Below are positions 19,120 to 28,073 of a DNA stretch of 33,334 nt, in pieces. Under the pieces are notes generated by a model, which saw only the letters and a program-made list of their open reading frames with translations, made no database searches and was not told the origin of the DNA. The first letter of the stretch is position 1. The number at the start of each line of letters is the position of its first letter. A program made the position numbers and the translations under genes. Source of the stretch: Verrucomicrobia bacterium UBA673 (GTDB lineage: Bacteria; Verrucomicrobiota; Verrucomicrobiia; Limisphaerales; UBA1096). The stretch lies in NCBI GenBank assembly GCA_002299785.1, contig DBNL01000016.1:1-33334 (forward strand), given 5' to 3'.

Positions 19120-19153
19120 AAAAGACGGCCCGTAAATACAGGCCGTCTTTTTT
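19120..19153 (+). terminator. Rho-independent terminator
   Basis: AAAAGACGGCC-N10-GGCCGTCTTTT plus further Ts, about 20 nt after the stop. Confidence 0.88.
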
Positions 19154-19195
19154 CTTTCCCCAGCGTGGCGCAGCACTTTACCTCGGAGAGGCAAC

Positions 19196-21100
19196 ATGCA
19201 CGGCCAAGATACAAAAACTCACCCCTCCACCCTACGATGGATAGTTTCCCTGTCGATTGTCGCCACCGTCCTGCTTGCTATCAATCTCACCGCCCCGCCT
19301 GAACCGCCAGGCCAGGTGCTAAGCCAGGCGCAACCGCCCTTTGCTTCCACCCTTCCCTTCCGACGCGAGGACAGCGAATACGCCGGTTCGGACTCGTGCC
19401 GCGACTGCCACGACGACGAGCACAAAAGCTGGCACGCCTCGTACCACCGCACTATGACGCAACTCATGTCGCCCGAGACCGTCCGAGCGGCGTTCGATGG
19501 TCAATCGCACAAGTTTCAGGGCGAACGCTTCACCATGCACCAGCGCGGTGACGAATACTGGACGACCATCGAAAGTATCGACGCCGCCAATGCCTCGCCC
19601 GACAACCACGACCCGGAGCCCCTGCATTTACGCCTTGGCATGGTCACAGGATCACATCACATGCAGGTTTTTTGGCTACCTGGCATGAAGGGCAATCTGC
19701 AGATCGGCTTTCCTTTCGCGTGGCTGATCGACGACCAACGATGGGCACCTCGCAGCAGCCTGTTTATCCGCAACCCGCATACGACCCTCAGTAAGGAGAA
19801 CTGGAACATGAACTGCATCCGCTGTCATACTACCGGCCCACAGCCGCGCCCCAATCAGGCGGCACAACGATTCGAGTCGCGCGTGGCCGACCTCGGCATC
19901 TCCTGCGAAGCCTGCCACGGCCCGGCCAAGCGACACGTCGATCGGCAACAACGCTTGGCCAAGCTCCCCGAGCCTAAACGCCAAGCGGCACTCAGGGCCG
20001 AACCTTTGGCCATCGTGCAGCCGGCAGATTTGGATCACGTTCGAAGTTCGCAGGTTTGCGGCTCGTGCCACGGCATGAAGTGGTTCGACAAAAACGAGGA
20101 ATGGACCGCACACGGTTTCCGTTATCGCCCCGGCGATGATCTCGACAAAACCACGCCTATCATCCGCCCCACCCAAATCGATAAGCAACCATGGCTCCAG
20201 CCAGTGCTAGAAAAGAATCCACACATTTTCAACGATTTTTTTTGGCCAGATGGACACATCCGCGTGACCGGCCGCGAGTACAACGGACTGCTTGAGTCGG
20301 CCTGTTTTCAAAAGGGGCAAATGTCGTGCATCAGTTGCCACTCGATGCACAAGAGCGATCCCGACGATCAACTTGCGCGCGGCATGCGAGGCAATCAAGC
20401 CTGCCTCCAGTGCCACGACGAAATGGCCGACGACCTCACCCGGCACACACGCCACGCCGCCGACTCTCCCGGCAGCAATTGCACCAACTGCCACATGCCA
20501 CACACGTCGTATGGCCTGCTTAAGGCCATTCGCGGCCACACCATCGAGACCCCCAATGTCGCCACCACCCTCGCGACCGGCAGGCCTAACGCCTGCAATT
20601 TGTGCCATCTTGACAAGACGCTCGAGTGGACCGCCGAACAGTTGGCCGATCGCACAGCGCAGGCCAAGCCGACCGTACCGGATGAACACCGCAAGATCGC
20701 CGCCTCGGCACTTTGGCTGCTCAAGGGCGACGCAGGTCAACGTGCCCTTGCCGCCTGGCACATGGGCTGGCAACCGGCGCTTGCGGCCAGTGGCAGCGGA
20801 TGGCAGCAACCGCTGCTCTCCGAATTGCTCAACGACCCCTACTCCGCCGTCCGCTACATGGCTCACAAGGCCCTGACCAAGCAACCTGGTTTTGAAGGGT
20901 TCAAGTACGACTTTGTCGCCGATGAACCAGCTCGCTTGGTCAAGCGCGAGGCCGCCTTGACGATGTGGGCGGAGTCACTCGGCGACACCCCTACGAATCC
21001 CGCCGCCGTGCTGCTGAGTGCCAACGGCCAACGACTAACCAACCAGGTGCAGCAACTCATACAAATCCGCGACAATCGCCCAATGCGTCTGCGCGAGTGA
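19196..21100 (+). CDS. Exported or membrane-anchored multiheme cytochrome c (8 CxxCH) with a helical HEAT-like C-terminus
   Basis: N-terminal hydrophobic segment; heme motifs CRDCH, CIRCH, CEACH, CGSCH, CISCH, CLQCH, CTNCH and CNLCH; HEAT-like motif LLNDPYSAVRYMA; GGAGAGG ribosome-binding site. Confidence 0.9.
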   Translation: MHGQDTKTHPSTLRWIVSLSIVATVLLAINLTAPPEPPGQVLSQAQPPFASTLPFRREDSEYAGSDSCRDCHDDEHKSWHASYHRTMTQLMSPETVRAAFDGQSHKFQGERFTMHQRGDEYWTTIESIDAANASPDNHDPEPLHLRLGMVTGSHHMQVFWLPGMKGNLQIGFPFAWLIDDQRWAPRSSLFIRNPHTTLSKENWNMNCIRCHTTGPQPRPNQAAQRFESRVADLGISCEACHGPAKRHVDRQQRLAKLPEPKRQAALRAEPLAIVQPADLDHVRSSQVCGSCHGMKWFDKNEEWTAHGFRYRPGDDLDKTTPIIRPTQIDKQPWLQPVLEKNPHIFNDFFWPDGHIRVTGREYNGLLESACFQKGQMSCISCHSMHKSDPDDQLARGMRGNQACLQCHDEMADDLTRHTRHAADSPGSNCTNCHMPHTSYGLLKAIRGHTIETPNVATTLATGRPNACNLCHLDKTLEWTAEQLADRTAQAKPTVPDEHRKIAASALWLLKGDAGQRALAAWHMGWQPALAASGSGWQQPLLSELLNDPYSAVRYMAHKALTKQPGFEGFKYDFVADEPARLVKREAALTMWAESLGDTPTNPAAVLLSANGQRLTNQVQQLIQIRDNRPMRLRE

Positions 21101-21231
21101 CGAACCACGTGCGCTCCCTCCATCATCCCGCATTCAGCCAACCTCTCTCTCGCTGCGTCAGAGGGTCGGGTTAAGAGGAAATTTTTAACTTTCCAAAAAA
21201 AATTCTTTTCTCATATTCAGCGCCACACACG

Positions 21232-21930
21232 ATGAGTTTTCTCCTCTTGAAGAAAAGCCGGCGAGTTGCATTCACGCTGATTGAGTTGCTGGTGGTGATT
21301 GCCATCATTGCCATTCTCGCCAGCTTGCTGCTGCCAGCATTGGCTAGGGCCAAGGAGCAGGCGCACCGCACCACTTGCAAAAACAACAGCCACCAATGGC
21401 TGCTGTCGCTGGCGATGTACGCCGGCGACAACGACGAAACGTTCCCGCCCGGCGGCTCGAGCAGCCCGTACTGGAACTCGGTTTGGTTTCGTGACACTAT
21501 GACTAAACAGTACCACATCCGGCGTCCGATGTTTTACTGCCCGTCCAATCGGAGCTGGAACCGCGACGATTTCTGGGCCTGGCCAGGCGGGCGCGACTCG
21601 GTGATGGGTTATTTCTATTTCGCCGGCGAAACGCGCTTCTCCAACAACCGATCAATATTTCAGGAGACCGTTCGCACGCCGGTTTTTGCGGTGAAAGCGA
21701 CGGGCAACCCCCATTACAAAGTTATTTGGGCCGACCTGAACCGCAAACTTCAGGGCTCGTGGGGGCGGCCGGGCGATCCCAATCCGCTGATGCGCGGTGT
21801 CAACCATTACAACGACCGCGGCGACGAGCCGGACGGCTCAAACGAGGGTTTTTATGACGGGCACGTGGAGTGGATCAAGGGAGCCACATTCCGAAAAAAG
21901 CCAAAGATGATGGGCAATTTGTACTTTTGA
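21232..21930 (+). CDS. Prepilin-type N-terminal cleavage/methylation domain protein
   Basis: VA|[33 protein letters not shown], and C-terminal NH...[13 protein letters not shown] (an expanded H-Xn-DG motif). Confidence 0.92.
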   Translation: MSFLLLKKSRRVAFTLIELLVVIAIIAILASLLLPALARAKEQAHRTTCKNNSHQWLLSLAMYAGDNDETFPPGGSSSPYWNSVWFRDTMTKQYHIRRPMFYCPSNRSWNRDDFWAWPGGRDSVMGYFYFAGETRFSNNRSIFQETVRTPVFAVKATGNPHYKVIWADLNRKLQGSWGRPGDPNPLMRGVNHYNDRGDEPDGSNEGFYDGHVEWIKGATFRKKPKMMGNLYF

Positions 21931-21983
21931 CGAAAGCTGAAGGCCGGTATTTTGTCACAAAGCGGTGACACCAAAAAAAGTTC

Positions 21984-22011
21984 TTGTCAGATATTGGAAA
22001 TGCTGTAAAAT
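21984..22011 (+). promoter_or_regulatory. Putative sigma70 promoter with an upstream palindrome
   Basis: TTGTCA-N16-TAAAAT, with an A-tract and a TGTCAC-N6-GTGACA palindrome (21953-21970) just upstream. Confidence 0.55.
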
Positions 22012-22016
22012 TCCGC

Positions 22017-22145
22017 GTGTCTCACACAGCGTGTGAATGTAAGCGCTTCTGTGAGTATCTACAAACATCTAACATTATATTCTCTGAACTATCCCCGGAG
22101 GGGTTGCAGGTTTCTTCAACCTGACCCCTCCGGTTTCGTTTTTTT
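22017..22145 (+). ncRNA. Candidate small RNA or attenuator leader (about 130 nt), family not recognised
   Basis: Promoter, 5' hairpin (22021-22055), A/C/T-rich unstructured linker and a strong terminator hairpin. No usable ORF (only ATG-TAA). Confidence 0.45.
22095..22145 (+). terminator. Rho-independent terminator
   Basis: CCGGAGGGGT-tg-CAGGTT-TCTTC-AACCTG-ACCCCTCCGG followed by TTTCGTTTTTTT. Confidence 0.85.
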
Positions 22146-22227
22146 CGAGGAATTTCCCCATCTAGACCAAAAAGATATGGCATGATTCCTAGTTTCCCCT
22201 TAAAAGTGCTAACCGAAAAGTTTGCCT

Positions 22228-23247
22228 ATGCAGTATCGTTCCATTTGTCAATTTTGCTTCATGCTTGGCCTAGCTGGCTCAACCACACAAGCGCGTGCCC
22301 AAGTTGCGGTACGGTTGTCACCTACTGACTCGAATGACACCTACTCTCTTACTGCCTCCAATCTGCCTAAAACGGGCGTGGCTGTCATTTGGCAATCCAC
22401 CGGCCCCATGGCCAAAGACACTTACTGGTCGGCGGCACACGCCTTCCCTTCTAACAAAGTCAAATCGGCCGCTCTGACTGTTCAACCAAAAGCGAATGGT
22501 ACCTCTTTTTTTAAACTCTCGTGGGTGGATATTAATTTACCGAACAACCTGATCTGGCTTCCACCGGGCAATTTTTTGATGGGTAGCCCTGAGAATGAGT
22601 CCGGAAGATATAAAGATGAAGGGCCCGCACATAATGCCTCCATTCCACACGGATTTTGGATGGACCGCTACGAGGTTACACAGGAACAGTTCATGCTCCT
22701 CATGGACAGCAATCCCAGCAGCACTGATTATACATCTGACTTGCCGGTGAATAAGGTAACCTGGCACGAAGCTCGGGAATATTGCAAACGGCTCTCAAAG
22801 CAGCAACGCACACGAAATACTATCCCTTCCGGCTACCACTACCGCCTACCCACAGAGGCAGAGTGGGAATACGCCTGCCGCGCAGGAACAAAAAATGCCT
22901 ATAGCTATGGCGATAACAAGGCGCTATTGAGCCAGTACGGTTGGTGGGCGGAAAACAGCAACGGCAAGCCAAAACCGGTTGGTCTATTGACACCTAATCC
23001 ATGGGGCTTTTATGACATACACGGCAACTTATTCGAATGGTGCCTCGACACCTACAGGGCATACCCGGGCGGCACGGCCTACTCTGACTCAGGAAAGATG
23101 AAAATCTTCCGGGGCGGAGCCTACTACTGTCCGAGTAGCATCCTGCGTTCCGCCTGCCGAGCCGAGCCACAGAAACCGGATTACCGCTGGACACTTGGTG
23201 GCTTCCGTGTCGTGCTCGCGCCACCGGTTGACCAAACGGAGAATTGA
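22228..23247 (+). CDS. Secreted formylglycine-generating-enzyme (FGE/SUMF1) fold protein
   Basis: Signal peptide (..TTQARA); motifs FLMGS, YEVTQ, RLPTEAEWEYACRAG, PNPWGFYDIHGNLFEW, RGG and GFRV. Start placed at ATG 22228. Confidence 0.9.
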   Translation: MQYRSICQFCFMLGLAGSTTQARAQVAVRLSPTDSNDTYSLTASNLPKTGVAVIWQSTGPMAKDTYWSAAHAFPSNKVKSAALTVQPKANGTSFFKLSWVDINLPNNLIWLPPGNFLMGSPENESGRYKDEGPAHNASIPHGFWMDRYEVTQEQFMLLMDSNPSSTDYTSDLPVNKVTWHEAREYCKRLSKQQRTRNTIPSGYHYRLPTEAEWEYACRAGTKNAYSYGDNKALLSQYGWWAENSNGKPKPVGLLTPNPWGFYDIHGNLFEWCLDTYRAYPGGTAYSDSGKMKIFRGGAYYCPSSILRSACRAEPQKPDYRWTLGGFRVVLAPPVDQTEN

Positions 23248-23385
23248 TCTCGACTACAAGGCGCGGCTTGTCCAATCGACTGACTATACGGAACAGCCTC
23301 TAAGCACGCAGAGGGTCTTGACTTCTAACAGTAAAACCGAACAATGTGCCGCCACATAGGGGAAAGTTAGCCCCTCCGACAAAGA

Positions 23386-23805
23386 ATGCCATCCGGGTTG
23401 CTTTCAACTTTAAATATTGTCCCGCTACTTGCCAGTGCGCCGAGCGAGCCATATTCCGCTTATCTACTGCTGGGGGTGATGGCCTTATTGGCTGTCGGAT
23501 TCGCTTGTGCCCCGCTCATACTCTCTGCGATCCTCGCTCCAAAGAAACCGGGAGATATCAAGGAAGCACCCTTCGAGTGCGGGCTGGAATCCAAGGGGGA
23601 TCCGTGGGTGCAGTTCAACGTGCAGTATTATTTATACGCGCTGGCGTTTGTTATTTTTGATATCGAGGCCGTCTTTCTTTACCCATGGGCGGTAGCATTC
23701 ACGGGACTTTCGTTCGGGGCATTCCTGGCAATGGGCGTGTTCATTTTGCTACTGGCGGAGAGTTTGATTTATTTGTGGATTAAAGGTGTACTGACTTGGA
23801 AATGA
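23386..23805 (+). CDS. nuoA: NADH-quinone oxidoreductase subunit A (cluster 2)
   Basis: Motifs PFECG, QYYLYALAFVIFDIEAVFLYPW and KGVLTW. Exact start uncertain. Confidence 0.95.
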   Translation: MPSGLLSTLNIVPLLASAPSEPYSAYLLLGVMALLAVGFACAPLILSAILAPKKPGDIKEAPFECGLESKGDPWVQFNVQYYLYALAFVIFDIEAVFLYPWAVAFTGLSFGAFLAMGVFILLLAESLIYLWIKGVLTWK

Positions 23806-23806
23806 C

Positions 23807-23886
23807 GGGTGGGACACGTTCCAACTCTTCCCATTTTTGAATTAATTTTGGTATAAAGAAGCGGACGACGTGGAAGTCTTCCATCC
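23807..23886. repeat. Degenerate inverted pair of about 24-bp palindromic units (REP-doublet-like)
   Basis: GGGTGGGACACGTTCCAACTCTTCC (23807-23831) aligns at 18/25 positions with the reverse complement of GGACGACGTGGAAGTCTTCCATCC (23863-23886); the spacer is AT-rich. Confidence 0.35.
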
Positions 23887-23892
23887 TTGAGA

Positions 23893-24549
23893 ATGACAAC
23901 TGACAACAACAATCCAGGCATCGATCTCGATGACACGACACGCGCGGAACTCGAACGCGCTGGGGTCATAGTGTCGTCAGTGGATTTTCTCTACAACTGG
24001 GCGCGTGGTAACTCGGTGTGGCCGCTGACATTCGGCTTGGCCTGCTGCGCCATCGAGATGATCGCCTCAGCCACGTCGCGTTTCGATATCTCCCGTTTCG
24101 GCTCAGAGGTCTTTCGCCCCACGCCGCGCCAGGCGGACCTGATGATTGTCTCCGGCACAGTCACCAAGAAAATGGCACCACAGGTGGTGCGAATTTACAA
24201 CCAGATGCCAGAGCCCAAGTGGGTCATCGCGATGGGCGCGTGCGCGATTTCTGGCGGGCCGTTCAAGCAGGGCTACAACGTACTCAAGGGCATCGACCGG
24301 TTCATTCCAGTGGACGTTTATCTGCCGGGCTGTCCGCCCCGACCCGAGGCGGTTTTGCAGTCGCTCAATTATTTGCAGGAAAAAATCCTCACTCAGGATA
24401 TTGGGAACGACCCCGCCTTCACCAAGGGCCGCCGGCAATACCCTGTTCCGCGCTTCACGGGCAAGGATCTCGAGCCGCCGTTCAATCCCGGGGTGTGGCA
24501 GCCCCCCTCCAACCCGAACGCCAAGCCGCTGGAGGAAGCCACGGCGTGA
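23893..24549 (+). CDS. nuoB: NADH-quinone oxidoreductase subunit B (cluster 2)
   Basis: Motifs [35 protein letters not shown] and PGCPPRPEA; Pro-rich C-terminal extension. Confidence 0.96.
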   Translation: MTTDNNNPGIDLDDTTRAELERAGVIVSSVDFLYNWARGNSVWPLTFGLACCAIEMIASATSRFDISRFGSEVFRPTPRQADLMIVSGTVTKKMAPQVVRIYNQMPEPKWVIAMGACAISGGPFKQGYNVLKGIDRFIPVDVYLPGCPPRPEAVLQSLNYLQEKILTQDIGNDPAFTKGRRQYPVPRFTGKDLEPPFNPGVWQPPSNPNAKPLEEATA

Positions 24550-25109
24550 ACGAAATTTCCCACGAACCGGTACTGCAGCAGTTCCCCGATGCAGAATGGG
24601 ATGAAGCCGCCGGCGCGGTCATTGTGCCGCTTGGCCAAGCGCGCACCATGGCCGAGTGGCTGCTTGGCCATGGCCTCGATTACTGCAGCAATGTCACCGG
24701 CGTGGATTACCTTGAACGCGAGGTGAAGGAAAAAATAACGAACGACGCCGGCGAGGTGGAAACCGTCACGCGCACCGAGCCGGCCAGAATCGATGTGGTG
24801 TACCATCTCTACTCGATGCAAAATAAAACCGGCCCACTGGTTCTCAAGCAACGAACCAGTCGAGACAACGCCGAGGCGGAGTCGCTCACACCCGTGTGGC
24901 GTAGTTGCGATTTGCAGGAGCGAGAGGTATTTGATTTGTTCGGCGTTAATTTTAAGGGCCATCCGGACCAGCGCCGCATCCTGATGTGGGATGAATTTGA
25001 GGGCCACCCCATGCGCAAGGATTATACCGAACCATTCGACTACGAGTGGGAGCCCACACCTCACAACGAAATATTGGAGAAACACCAAAAGGGGAAAGTC
25101 ATCGTTTGA
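24546..25109 (+). CDS. nuoC: NADH-quinone oxidoreductase subunit C (cluster 2)
   Basis: GTG start overlapping the nuoB stop (GTGA); motifs VTGVDY, VVYHL and [32 protein letters not shown]. Confidence 0.93.
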   Translation: MNEISHEPVLQQFPDAEWDEAAGAVIVPLGQARTMAEWLLGHGLDYCSNVTGVDYLEREVKEKITNDAGEVETVTRTEPARIDVVYHLYSMQNKTGPLVLKQRTSRDNAEAESLTPVWRSCDLQEREVFDLFGVNFKGHPDQRRILMWDEFEGHPMRKDYTEPFDYEWEPTPHNEILEKHQKGKVIV

Positions 25110-26257
25110 GCACCGCCGCCGCACCCAATTACGAACTAATACAGCAGGATGGTCTCGAGACCAACCTGCTGGAAGTTTCGATGGGGCCGCATCACCCAAG
25201 CACGCACGGAGTATTCCGCATGGACGTGAAACTCGATGGCGAGACGGTGGTGGACCTGCGGCCGGTGTTCGGCTACCTGCATCGCAACCACGAGAAGCTC
25301 GCAGAAAACATGAGCTACCTCTCTAGCATGCCGTTCACCGATCGGCTCGATTATTTTAACAGCATGACCAACAACTGGGCCTACGCTCTGGCGGCGGAGA
25401 AGCTCATCGAGGTCGAGGTGCCCGAGCGCGCCGAATACCTGCGTGTCATCATGGCCGAGCTGACGCGGCTGGTTAATCACGTTACACTCATTGGCTTTTT
25501 TATCAATGACCTCGGGGCGCTGGGCACGCCGCTACTGTACGCCTTCCGCGAGCGCGAGAAGATTCTTGACCTATTCGAGCAAGCCAGCGGGGCTCGAATG
25601 ATGTGCAACTACTTTCGCTTCGGAGGCCTGCGCAACGACGTGCCCGAGGGTTGGCTCAAACGCGCAGGCGAAGTGGTTGACCGCTTTCCCTACTTCCTCG
25701 ACGAGTACGAACAGCTTCTCTGCGAAAACGAAATCATCCTCAGCCGCACGCAGGGTGTGGGCAACTTGCCGCGCGAACTGGCCATCAGCGCCGGCGTCAC
25801 CGGCCCCATGCTCCGCGCCAGTGGCGTGGCTTACGATTTGCGCAAGGTGGATCAATACGGAATCTACGACCGCTTCAAGTTTCGCGTGCCTTACACAGAA
25901 GGAGACACGGGCGACTGTTACGACCGCTTCATGATTCGCGTGCTCGAGATGCGTGAGAGCATCGGGATTTTGAAACAGGCACTCGCCGGCATTTCCGAAG
26001 GTGAAATCATGGGCAACGCGCCCCGAGTGTTTAAGCCCAAGCCGGCGGAGTCGTACGGTCGCATCGAGGGGCCGAAAGGTGAGCTGGGGTTTTACCTCAT
26101 CGCCGACGGCACGCCCAAGCCGTACCGCTACCGGGTCCGGCCGCCGTCGCTCATTAATCTCACTGTCCTCCGAGACATGTGTCTCGGCGGAAAAATAGCC
26201 GATGCCGTCATCATTCTCGGAAGTATCGACATCGTCCTCGGGGAGGTGGATCGATGA
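25106..26257 (+). CDS. nuoD: NADH-quinone oxidoreductase subunit D (cluster 2)
   Basis: Motifs [35 protein letters not shown] and DIVLGEVDR. Probable TTG start overlapping the nuoC stop (TTGA). Confidence 0.95.
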   Translation: MSTAAAPNYELIQQDGLETNLLEVSMGPHHPSTHGVFRMDVKLDGETVVDLRPVFGYLHRNHEKLAENMSYLSSMPFTDRLDYFNSMTNNWAYALAAEKLIEVEVPERAEYLRVIMAELTRLVNHVTLIGFFINDLGALGTPLLYAFREREKILDLFEQASGARMMCNYFRFGGLRNDVPEGWLKRAGEVVDRFPYFLDEYEQLLCENEIILSRTQGVGNLPRELAISAGVTGPMLRASGVAYDLRKVDQYGIYDRFKFRVPYTEGDTGDCYDRFMIRVLEMRESIGILKQALAGISEGEIMGNAPRVFKPKPAESYGRIEGPKGELGFYLIADGTPKPYRYRVRPPSLINLTVLRDMCLGGKIADAVIILGSIDIVLGEVDR

Positions 26258-26928
26258 GCATTCTCGGTGGTGGCATTTTCAAGGGCATGGCAGTAACACT
26301 GCGGAATTTTTTGGGCTCTTATACTAACAAGAAGGAACGCCTCCCCACAATCGATTACTCGTGGCGCGCCGACGGCGCGCTCCCGCAAGGTATTGGCGAT
26401 TACCCGAAAGAAAAAGGCGAACAGCTCAGCGATACTACTACCGTCACGGAATACAGCCGCAACTTCCCCATGTTGTTGCACGACGGCGGCGAACCGATGG
26501 ACACCGTCCGCTGTGTCGCCTGCCAAATCTGCGAGCGCGAATGCCCGCCGCAATGTATTTACATTGAGAAGGACTACGACGAGAACGGCAAATACATCAA
26601 GCGGCCAGCGGTGTTCGACATCGACGTATCGGTCTGTATGAGCTGCCAGATTTGCGTAGAGGTCTGCCCTTTCGACGCCATCGTGATGAACAGCCAGTTC
26701 GAGTTGAGCACACCCGACCGCTTCGGCGGCCTGCTGATGCGGCGCGATGACCTACTCAAGAGCAACGACTACTACCACAAGATTCACCCCGAGGAAGCTG
26801 CCGCGCGCGACGCAAAAATTGCTGCCGAAAAAGCAGCCAAGGAAGCCAAGAAAAAAGCCGCTGCAGAGAAGGCCAGAGCTGCTGCAGAGAAAAAAGCGAC
26901 GGAAGCAGCCAAGGAGGATGCCAAATGA
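26254..26928 (+). CDS. nuoI: NADH-quinone oxidoreductase subunit I (cluster 2) with a Lys/Ala-rich tail
   Basis: ATG overlapping the nuoD stop; motifs [12 protein letters not shown] and [12 protein letters not shown]. Confidence 0.93.
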   Translation: MSILGGGIFKGMAVTLRNFLGSYTNKKERLPTIDYSWRADGALPQGIGDYPKEKGEQLSDTTTVTEYSRNFPMLLHDGGEPMDTVRCVACQICERECPPQCIYIEKDYDENGKYIKRPAVFDIDVSVCMSCQICVEVCPFDAIVMNSQFELSTPDRFGGLLMRRDDLLKSNDYYHKIHPEEAAARDAKIAAEKAAKEAKKKAAAEKARAAAEKKATEAAKEDAK

Positions 26929-28073
26929 GCTTCGAACTCCTCATTGATATCCTCATTGCTACCGTGCCGCTGATGCTGATTTTTGCGACGGTATTCGCCT
27001 TCACGACCTGGCTCGAGCGCAAGGCTCTCGCGCGTATTCAAAATCGCATCGGCCCCAACAAGGTGGGCATTCCGTGCACGCGCATCGGCCTCTTCGGCCT
27101 TGGCCAACCGACCGCCGACGGCATCAAGATGATCTTCAAGGAAAACATTGTCCCGACCGGCGCCGACCGCCTCTTTCACCTGCTCGCCCCCATCCTCGCG
27201 CTCATACCTTCGATGCTGGTTCTCTGCTTCCTCCCACTTGATTTTCCTTGGCTCAACGAAAACTCAGTAAAAGCCTTCCTTCTCGATGGCGCGGTCATTT
27301 TCTTTTTTGCAATCACAGGTCTTAACACGCTTGCAGTCTTCATGGCCGGTTGGGCCTCGCGCAACAAGTACTCGCTGCTCGGTGGCATGCGCGCCGTCGC
27401 GCAGATGATCAGCTATGAAATCCCGCTCGTGCTTTCCGCAGTCATTGTGGTGATGATGGTCGGCAGCCTCGACGCCGCCGAAATCGCCGGCGAGCAAAAG
27501 GGCGGAAACTGGTTCGTTTTCTACCCATGGGGCTTCGCGGCCTTTGTTATTTTCTTCATCGCCGCACTGGCGGAAACCAACCGCTCGCCCTTCGACCTCC
27601 CAGAGGCCGAGAGCGAAATCATTGCCGGCTATTTCACCGAGTACAGCGGCTTTAAGTTCGCTCTCTTTTTCCTCGCCGAATACATCGCCATGTTCGCCAT
27701 CAGCGGCTTGGCGGTCACACTGTTCCTCGGCGGCGGCGATGGTCCCGGCTTGGCTGTGCTGCCATGGCTCAGTGTCATTTGGTTCCTCGCAAAAATATTC
27801 GCCCTTATCGCAGTGATGATTTGGCTGCGAGGCACCCTGCCCCGCTTGCGAGTTGACCAGTTGATGGGTTTTGCTTGGAAATTCATGCTGCCGCTTTCCA
27901 TTCTAAACATCTTTGTGGCCGGCTTTGCTTGGCACGCGAAACAACTAGACAGCCAATTTATCATGGTAATCACTTGGGTGATCTCACTAGCGGTTTTGTA
28001 TGGTGCCGCCAGTGGACTGAACCAACTGAACCGCGGCAAAGTGCGCCCGCGCGAGTACAAGTACGCTGAATGA
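26925..28073 (+). CDS. nuoH: NADH-quinone oxidoreductase subunit H (cluster 2)
   Basis: Motifs ERKALARIQNRIGPN, AETNRSPFDLPEAESEIIAGYFTEYSG and PRLRVDQLM. Confidence 0.96.
   Translation: MSFELLIDILIATVPLMLIFATVFAFTTWLERKALARIQNRIGPNKVGIPCTRIGLFGLGQPTADGIKMIFKENIVPTGADRLFHLLAPILALIPSMLVLCFLPLDFPWLNENSVKAFLLDGAVIFFFAITGLNTLAVFMAGWASRNKYSLLGGMRAVAQMISYEIPLVLSAVIVVMMVGSLDAAEIAGEQKGGNWFVFYPWGFAAFVIFFIAALAETNRSPFDLPEAESEIIAGYFTEYSGFKFALFFLAEYIAMFAISGLAVTLFLGGGDGPGLAVLPWLSVIWFLAKIFALIAVMIWLRGTLPRLRVDQLMGFAWKFMLPLSILNIFVAGFAWHAKQLDSQFIMVITWVISLAVLYGAASGLNQLNRGKVRPREYKYAE

Noticed and set aside
19196-21100. NrfA or MtrA/OmcS-type assignment for the cytochrome
   Set aside because: There is no CxxCK motif, the heme count is 8 (not 5, 6 or 10), and there is no adjacent porin or NrfH-like partner.
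22228-23247. True sulfatase-activating formylglycine-generating enzyme
   Set aside because: The catalytic CxxxxC pair is not intact (RGGAYYCPSSILRSAC), and no sulfatase is nearby. Only the fold is called.
23318-23346. sigma70 promoter for cluster 2 (TTGACT-N16-AACAAT)
   Set aside because: The position is plausible, but the -10 box and spacing are too weak to list as a feature.
24018-24545. N-terminal extension making NuoC 363 aa (similar extensions on ORFs starting at 9756, 25046, 26179 and 30677)
   Set aside because: They overlap the upstream gene in another frame. Internal starts at or next to the upstream stop codon give normal-sized subunits.
23893-26928. Cluster 2 as a group 4 [NiFe]-hydrogenase (Ech/Hyf-like), since it lacks nuoEFG
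   Set aside because: The large subunit has no CxxC Ni-binding motifs and keeps the quinone-site motifs (HPSTHG, DRLDY, GEVDR). NuoB has the tandem CC of complex I, and nuoA/J/K are present.
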